DNA from: Octopus sinensis
Taxonomy: Eukaryota
NCBI RefSeq assembly: GCF_006345805.1
Contig: NC_042997.1
Location: 204,228,001-204,292,000 of the forward strand
Reading direction: 5' to 3'
Length of the DNA stretch: 64,000 nucleotides
The notes beneath the pieces were generated by a model. The model searched no databases and was not told where the DNA came from. It worked only from the letters and a program-made list of their open reading frames with translations. The translations under genes and the position numbers were made by a program. Positions 62,601 through 64,000 of this stretch are shown piece by piece; position 1 is the stretch's first letter; each line of letters begins with the position of its first letter.

Positions 62601-63972
62601 TGCTTTTCATCCTTTCGGGGTCGATAAATTAAGTACCAGTTATGCACTGGGGTCGATGTAATCGACTTAATGTCCTTGTTTGTCCCTTCTATGTTTAGCC
62701 CCTTTTGGGCAATAAAGAAATAAGAAACACAAAGGCCAATGAAACACATCTGGGCTTAACATACTTACAAAATAATTACATCATCATCATCGTTTAATGT
62801 CCATTTTCCATGCTAGTACGGGTTGGACAGTTCCACTGGGGTCTGGGAAGTCAGGAGGCTGCACCAGGCTCCAGTCTGATCTGGCAGTGTTTCTACAGCT
62901 AGATGCCCTTCTTAATGCCGACTACTCCATGAGTGTAGTGGGTGCTTTTTACGTGCCAGGGGAGGCTGGCAACGGCCATGATTGGTTGGTGCTTTTTACG
63001 TGCCACCAGCACAGAAGCCAGTTAAGGCGGCGCTGGCATCGGACACATTCGGATGGTGCATTTTACGTGCCAGAGTATAGAATAAAGCAAACAAAAAGAA
63101 GAAATAGGATGAGAGGACAGTTAAAGTCTATTGTGCCAACTTTAGACTTGTAGTGTGGTCAGTACAGAAGAGCAGTGAGTAAACATCAGTTTGTAAAGAG
63201 CAATTCCTAAGGGAAGACAGGTAAAAGTCCATAAAGGGGGAGTGAAAGAGAATTACAGTAAAAGGGGAGGTTAATTTATACAGAAAAAAAATGAATTTAT
63301 GTAATGGGAGAAAGATTTTTAGTATTTGACTGCCTCCTGTGCAGGTGGCACGTAAAAGACACCATTTGAGCGTGTCCATTGCCAGTGCCGCCTGACTGGC
63401 CCTCATGCCAATGGCATGTAAAAGCACCTACTACATTCTTGGAGGGGTTGGCATTAGGAAGGGCATCCAGCTGTAGAAACTCTGCCAGATCAGATTGGAG
63501 CCTGGTGCAGCCATCTGACTCACCAGTCCTCAGTCAAATCGTCCAACTCATGCTAGCATGGAAACGATGATGATGATGACATGCAAAAATTACATCTGAG
63601 AATCAATTGAGTAGAGAGGTCTTGTTGTGGTGTAATACAGTGAGCAGTGTGAGGCAGCGTAATTGACAAAAATGCCAATCTGTAGTGTAGGGGTCTCTAC
63701 AGATGGCAGAGCTTGGCACTGTCCTCTGATCTGTCAAACCAGGTAACTCATCTCAGCATTAAATGCAGTTGTTAAATGATGATGATGATGAGCAGGGGAA
63801 TAGATTTGCTATTTAGTTTACTGTTGTCTTTTTTCTATTTCAGTGAATCGTTTAGGAGAATTACGAGGCAGTAATGACCCAAACTGTACATATGAAGGAG
63901 ACAACAACGTCTTATTACGTCAGACAAGTAATTATCTTCTCAGTCTCTTTGATGAGAAACTCAAGAATCCAG
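5236..63972 (+). CDS. ACOX3: Peroxisomal acyl-CoA oxidase 3-like gene, 10 coding exons in window, 3' part beyond the window
   Basis: Joined exons 5236-5463, 21690-21923, 39928-40002, 44413-44502, 46599-46831, 49513-49609, 50559-50738, 54216-54338, 57793-57913 and 63844-63972 give one open frame with ACOX motifs [49 protein letters not shown] and CTYEGDNN. The GPL..YR..ASF.WK N-terminus and the exon layout match ACOX3 as I recall it. Confidence 0.93.
6109..6154 (+). repeat. Short degenerate TTAGGG-like tract
   Basis: taaggttagggttaaaaaattagggttaggattaggtttagggtta. Confidence 0.6.
6236..6408 (-). mobile_element. tRNA-derived CORE-type SINE (family A), partial
   Basis: Reverse complement of the family A head and body seen intact at 24390-24765. 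Confidence 0.75.
6560..6707. repeat. Foldback inverted repeat, arms about 46 bp, AT-rich loop
   Basis: aatactaaccgttacattggggacccacaggtatattatatata is mirrored by tatataatatacctgtgggtgcccaatgtaacggttggtatt, with 2 mismatches. Confidence 0.85.
6761..6988 (+). mobile_element. SINE family D (Deu/Nin-domain-like)
   Basis: gctggcagaaacgttagc head; ttttcctttcatcctttcggagtcgattaaataagtacc resembles the Deu/Nin central domain (recalled); ends in gtaaagaaata. Confidence 0.75.
7332..7568 (+). mobile_element. SINE family A, 3'-truncated
   Basis: ggcacaggagtggctgtgtggtaag head, ggttcagtccc box-B-like motif, ttgggcaagtgtct CORE-like motif. Confidence 0.8.
7570..8697 (-). mobile_element. Decayed Tx1-like LINE RT fragment, related to the element at 1-5031
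   Basis: Minus-strand peptides LLKKDPNK...[44 protein letters not shown] and VKLLGVWFG closely match ORF2 of the first element. Confidence 0.88.
8700..10474 (+). mobile_element. Degenerate LTR-retrotransposon pol remnant (RT end, RNase H, integrase; Ty3/Gypsy-like order) with a possible 3' LTR
   Basis: Fragments [23 protein letters not shown] and [28 protein letters not shown] (RNase H); LHAMHH..G and [12 protein letters not shown] (integrase HHCC); [14 protein letters not shown] and AAYRPSGNG (integrase core). A purine tract at 10241-10249 precedes TG...CA at 10250-10474 (LTR call is weak). Confidence 0.7.
10572..10870 (-). mobile_element. 5'-truncated RTE LINE 3' UTR (duplicated at about 16145-16443)
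   Basis: (CAT)n tail plus cgtttaacg...ctggatgcccttcct motif, the same sequence that follows RTE ORF2 at 28857-29640. Confidence 0.8.
10993..11520 (+). mobile_element. Possible 5' part of a non-autonomous Helitron (duplicated at about 16566)
   Basis: a/TCcatatatataaaa start followed by (TG)n, resembling the 5' end of the Helitron-N at 42638; no matching 3' CTAG end found. Confidence 0.4.
11535..11775 (-). mobile_element. SINE family A (duplicated at about 17108-17348)
   Basis: Reverse complement of the family A head and body. Confidence 0.78.
11868..12546 (+). mobile_element. 3' end of a CR1-group LINE (ORF2 C-terminus and 3' UTR)
   Basis: [16 protein letters not shown]...I..LE.IQRRATK.I...Y.ERL..L and NTRG...K...FF..RV..AWN.LP are the CR1/L2-group ORF2 tail; ends in a TA-rich tail. 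Confidence 0.85.
12547..13748 (-). mobile_element. Helitron 3' portion, cut at the duplication junction
   Basis: CTAG terminus at 12547-12550 with an upstream hairpin; frameshifted helicase C-terminus ([23 protein letters not shown]). Confidence 0.85.
14279..16047 (+). mobile_element. Duplicate copy of the LTR-retrotransposon remnant
   Basis: Part of tandem duplication copy 2. Confidence 0.7.
17441..18120 (+). mobile_element. Duplicate of the CR1-group LINE 3' end
   Basis: Identical 172-aa ORF in duplication copy 2. Confidence 0.85.
18121..20500 (-). mobile_element. 5'-truncated autonomous-type Helitron (PIF1-like helicase and intact 3' end)
   Basis: The minus strand ends ccgagcatggctgggc (hairpin) aattctgCTAG/t. 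The 5' side is lost next to a SINE-head remnant near 20500. Confidence 0.9.
18959..20469 (-). pseudogene. Helitron PIF1-family helicase domain, disrupted
   Basis: [11 protein letters not shown] (Walker A), [56 protein letters not shown]; frameshift near 19405, then a stop and a further shift. Confidence 0.9.
21690..21923 (+). CDS. ACOX3: ACOX3 coding exon 2 ([13 protein letters not shown]...YQLNVN)
   Basis: Acceptor tatttacag/, donor /gtaagt; 234 nt; LEQDPLF and [16 protein letters not shown] motifs. Confidence 0.92.
22311..22603. mobile_element. Foldback MITE-like palindrome, arms about 140 bp, loop about 14 nt
   Basis: Centre cgttattaccg-aaattggtccaata-cggtaataacg; arms match with scattered mismatches out to tacaatataa...ttatattgta. 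Confidence 0.85.
22606..23150 (-). mobile_element. RTE LINE 3' UTR
   Basis: (CAT)n tail and hairpin-repeat units. Confidence 0.8.
23174..23480 (+). mobile_element. tRNA-derived SINE family B (V-domain-like)
   Basis: ggaggtgcaatggcctagtggttagg head; gcgatggactgatgtcccgtccag resembles the V-SINE domain (recalled); ends in a (TA)n tract. Confidence 0.78.
23822..24330 (-). mobile_element. RTE LINE 3' UTR with five hairpin-repeat units
   Basis: (CAT)n tail; repeated ttttatgtgccaccggcac modules. Confidence 0.82.
24390..24765 (+). mobile_element. Near-full-length SINE family A (tRNA head, CORE-like domain, LINE-like 3' tail)
   Basis: ggcgcaggagtggctgtgtggta head, ggttcagtccc, ttgggcaagtgtct, tail ggtgctccagcatggccgcagtcaaatgactgaaacaagtaaaag. 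Confidence 0.85.
24823..25160 (+). mobile_element. tRNA-derived SINE family C
   Basis: gaaggcgcatggctcagtggttagagc head and tcgaatccc box B; an inverted relative lies at 42222-42549. Confidence 0.8.
25233..26845 (-). mobile_element. RTE 3' end followed by three tandem partial re-copies of its 3' UTR
   Basis: Junction gccgggtcttc/gga(t/a)ggtg recurs at about 25987, 26275 and 26642. Confidence 0.82.
27415..28642 (-). mobile_element. 5'-truncated RTE LINE (ORF2 C-terminus and 3' UTR)
   Basis: [16 protein letters not shown]...GRGRPRKTW on the minus strand; (CAT)n tail at 27415. Confidence 0.88.
28857..29640 (+). mobile_element. 5'-truncated RTE LINE (ORF2 C-terminus, 3' UTR, (GAT)n tail)
   Basis: [16 protein letters not shown]...[17 protein letters not shown]...DRDLWK..V is the RTE ORF2 terminus. 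It links the abundant (GAT)n-tailed repeat in this window to RTE. Confidence 0.92.
29838..30138. mobile_element. MITE with about 115-bp TIRs and TA flanks (Tc1/mariner-type)
   Basis: TA/caaaatgagaaaatgg...ttaatacag (to 29954) mirrored by ctgtattaa...ccattttctcattttg/TA (from 30022). Confidence 0.85.
31122..31697. mobile_element. Two RTE 3' UTRs joined back-to-back (minus copy then plus copy)
   Basis: (CAT)n at the left end, (GAT)n at the right end, strand switch near 31440. Confidence 0.78.
31930..32470 (-). mobile_element. Older decayed RTE ORF2 C-terminal fragment
   Basis: ggtcatgcttcaccacctcatccc...cttccacagg matches the RTE terminus at 28480-28620. Confidence 0.65.
32982..35510. repeat. 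29-bp minisatellite, left array (roughly 85-90 units)
   Basis: Unit agtgtatatgtatataYacatatatttac; the 87-nt (29-aa) periodicity in the ORF track confirms the period. Confidence 0.95.
35511..36163 (+). mobile_element. RTE 3' UTR inserted in the minisatellite
   Basis: Same subfamily as 29080-29640; the (GAT)n tail runs directly into ttacagt. Confidence 0.88.
36164..39038. repeat. 29-bp minisatellite, right array (roughly 100 units)
   Basis: Same unit as the left array. Confidence 0.95.
39153..39770 (-). mobile_element. Two older RTE 3' ends
   Basis: (CAT)n tails near 39153 and 39545 with the ctggatgcccttcct motif. Confidence 0.65.
39928..40002 (+). CDS. ACOX3: ACOX3 coding exon 3 ([25 protein letters not shown]), not in the ORF track
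   Basis: Acceptor attgtag/, donor /gtaagt; 75 nt, phase 0; fills the expected F....SG..RH segment between exons 2 and 4. Confidence 0.88.
40035..40640 (-). mobile_element. Older RTE 3' end including decayed ORF2 terminus
   Basis: (CAT)n tail, ctggatgcctttcct, catgcttcaccacctcatccc. Confidence 0.68.
41158..41715 (+). mobile_element. C-terminal fragment of an RLE-type non-LTR retrotransposon (R4/Dong- or HERO-like)
   Basis: HVISSC...QHNVVAK (zinc-finger end and RHN), YWWN..I.T....RNRLDFV (degenerate HNRPDIV), IIEVSCP.D.NI..K..K...Y..L; one internal TGA. Confidence 0.7.
41839..42124 (+). mobile_element. Second, shorter RLE-type C-terminal fragment (diverged relative)
   Basis: [10 protein letters not shown]...[28 protein letters not shown]...NLEELGF parallels the end of the first fragment. 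Confidence 0.65.
42222..42549 (-). mobile_element. SINE family C
   Basis: Reverse complement of 24823-25160. Confidence 0.78.
42638..43021 (+). mobile_element. Complete non-autonomous Helitron (384 bp)
   Basis: A/TCtttatatataaaa ... cccgagcaacgccggg hairpin, cgatactgCTAG/T; inserted between A and T with no TSD. Confidence 0.9.
43230..44178 (+). mobile_element. Tandem array of four TTAA-flanked piggyBac-like MITEs
   Basis: Each unit reads TTAA-ccctt...aaggg-TTAA; units start at 43230, 43472, 43714 and 43953, separated by attaatcatttg. Confidence 0.85.
44413..44502 (+). CDS. ACOX3: ACOX3 coding exon 4 ([30 protein letters not shown])
   Basis: Acceptor ttctgcag/, donor /gttggt; 90 nt; FAD-binding ALTE.GHGSN motif. 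Confidence 0.93.
44615..44993 (-). mobile_element. SINE family B head and body with a different 3' module
   Basis: Matches family B from 44805 to 44993; 44615-44804 is unrelated to the tails of the 23174 and 60914 copies. Confidence 0.7.
45668..46075 (-). mobile_element. RTE 3' UTR with three hairpin-repeat units
   Basis: (CAT)n tail and gtgccaccggcac modules. Confidence 0.8.
46599..46831 (+). CDS. ACOX3: ACOX3 coding exon 5 (EFILNTP...NGLDNG)
   Basis: Acceptor acttatag/, donor /gtgaga; 233 nt, ends in phase 2; [20 protein letters not shown] and [12 protein letters not shown] motifs. Confidence 0.93.
47768..48210 (+). mobile_element. SINE family D tandem dimer
   Basis: Second copy starts at agaatcgttagc near 47995, directly after the aaagaaata tail of the first. 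Confidence 0.82.
49513..49609 (+). CDS. ACOX3: ACOX3 coding exon 6 ([17 protein letters not shown]...SPYK)
   Basis: Acceptor ttttctag/, donor /gtaaaa; 97 nt (1+96), compatible with the phase of exon 5. Confidence 0.92.
49824..50050. mobile_element. Old hAT-type MITE
   Basis: TIRs cagtggttc...gaccactg; 8-bp flanks cctgagat and cctcagaa (6/8 match) fit a decayed 8-bp TSD. Confidence 0.55.
50145..50465 (+). mobile_element. SINE family D pair (internally deleted copy, then a full copy)
   Basis: Two gagctggca(g/a)aaa..gttagc heads about 110 bp apart. Confidence 0.72.
50559..50738 (+). CDS. ACOX3: ACOX3 coding exon 7 ([17 protein letters not shown]...LEYPLQ)
   Basis: Acceptor acatgtag/, donor /gtaaga; 180 nt; LS.GRV and [14 protein letters not shown] motifs. 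Confidence 0.9.
51070..53690. mobile_element. Cluster of at least six RTE 3' UTRs (five on +, one on -)
   Basis: Repeated ...gaagggcatccagc... motifs and (GAT)n/(CAT)n tails; a tail-to-tail junction lies near 53330. Confidence 0.75.
53799..54028 (-). mobile_element. Solo piggyBac-like MITE, inverted relative to the 43230 array
   Basis: TTAA/cccttttgatacc...gaaaggg/TTAA; the body is the reverse complement of the array units. Confidence 0.85.
54216..54338 (+). CDS. ACOX3: ACOX3 coding exon 8 ([10 protein letters not shown]...QSDYM), not in the ORF track
   Basis: Acceptor cattacag/, donor /gtaagt; 123 nt; QWRLLPYLA motif. Confidence 0.92.
57793..57913 (+). CDS. ACOX3: ACOX3 coding exon 9 ([16 protein letters not shown]...CGGNGYLA), not in the ORF track
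   Basis: Acceptor attgacag/, donor /gtgagt; 121 nt, ends in phase 1; REIHAL...SKP and QECREACGG motifs. Confidence 0.92.
58316..58711 (-). mobile_element. Full-length SINE family A
   Basis: Reverse complement of 24390-24765, including the segment deleted there. Confidence 0.87.
58729..60883 (-). mobile_element. 5'-truncated CR1-group LINE with RT domain, ORF2 C-terminus, short 3' UTR and poly(A)
   Basis: [52 protein letters not shown] (59451-60614). Two stops precede [15 protein letters not shown] (58797-59234); the T-run at 58729-58739 is the tail. Confidence 0.9.
60914..61203 (-). mobile_element. SINE family B
   Basis: Reverse complement of 23174-23480. Confidence 0.8.
61535..61929 (-). 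mobile_element. Complete non-autonomous Helitron, same family as 42638-43021, opposite orientation
   Basis: a/CTAGcagtattgcccggcgttgctcggg ... ttttatatataaaGA/t. Confidence 0.9.
62315..62724 (+). mobile_element. SINE family D tandem dimer
   Basis: A 5'-truncated second copy starts near 62550, right after the first tail. Confidence 0.82.
62779..63075 (-). mobile_element. RTE 3' UTR
   Basis: (CAT)n tail and ctagatgcccttc motif. Confidence 0.72.
63330..63580 (+). mobile_element. RTE 3' UTR
   Basis: ggcattaggaagggcatccagctgtagaaac and (GAT)n tail. Confidence 0.75.
63844..63972 (+). CDS. ACOX3: ACOX3 coding exon 10 ([24 protein letters not shown]...), contains the catalytic Glu
   Basis: Acceptor tatttcag/, donor /gtaaat; 129 nt; the GAA codon of TYEGDN lies at 63894-63896. 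Confidence 0.93.
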
Positions 63973-64000
63973 GTAAATATTATTCTTGTAATTGAAGAAC

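Overview
Eukaryotic, AT-rich, repeat-dense genomic DNA. The SINE/LINE content resembles Octopus genomes (inference). One host gene runs across the window on the + strand: a peroxisomal acyl-CoA oxidase 3 (ACOX3-like). Ten coding exons were reconstructed by eye (5236-63972, 1510 nt, about 503 aa, all GT-AG, phases compatible, catalytic TYEGDN intact); the gene continues past the right edge. The rest is intronic or upstream mobile DNA. It includes a near-full-length Tx1/L1-clade LINE ending about 200 bp before the ATG, a decayed second Tx1, an LTR-retrotransposon pol remnant, a 5'-truncated Helitron with its helicase, and non-autonomous Helitrons. It also holds CR1-group LINEs, RLE-type LINE fragments, many RTE 3' ends with (GAT)n tails, four tRNA-derived SINE families, piggyBac-, hAT- and TA-flanked MITEs, a 5.57-kb tandem duplication (possibly an assembly artefact) and a 29-bp minisatellite of about 5.4 kb. 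I did not find a clearly new protein-coding system. The most notable unexplained structures are a modular hairpin array with apparent covariation in the RTE 3' UTR, a SINE sharing its 3' end with an adjacent CR1-group LINE, a four-unit MITE array with a constant spacer, and substitutions in conserved ACOX motifs. Repeat boundaries are approximate (about 10-20 bp) unless stated; family names come from recalled motifs, not database searches.
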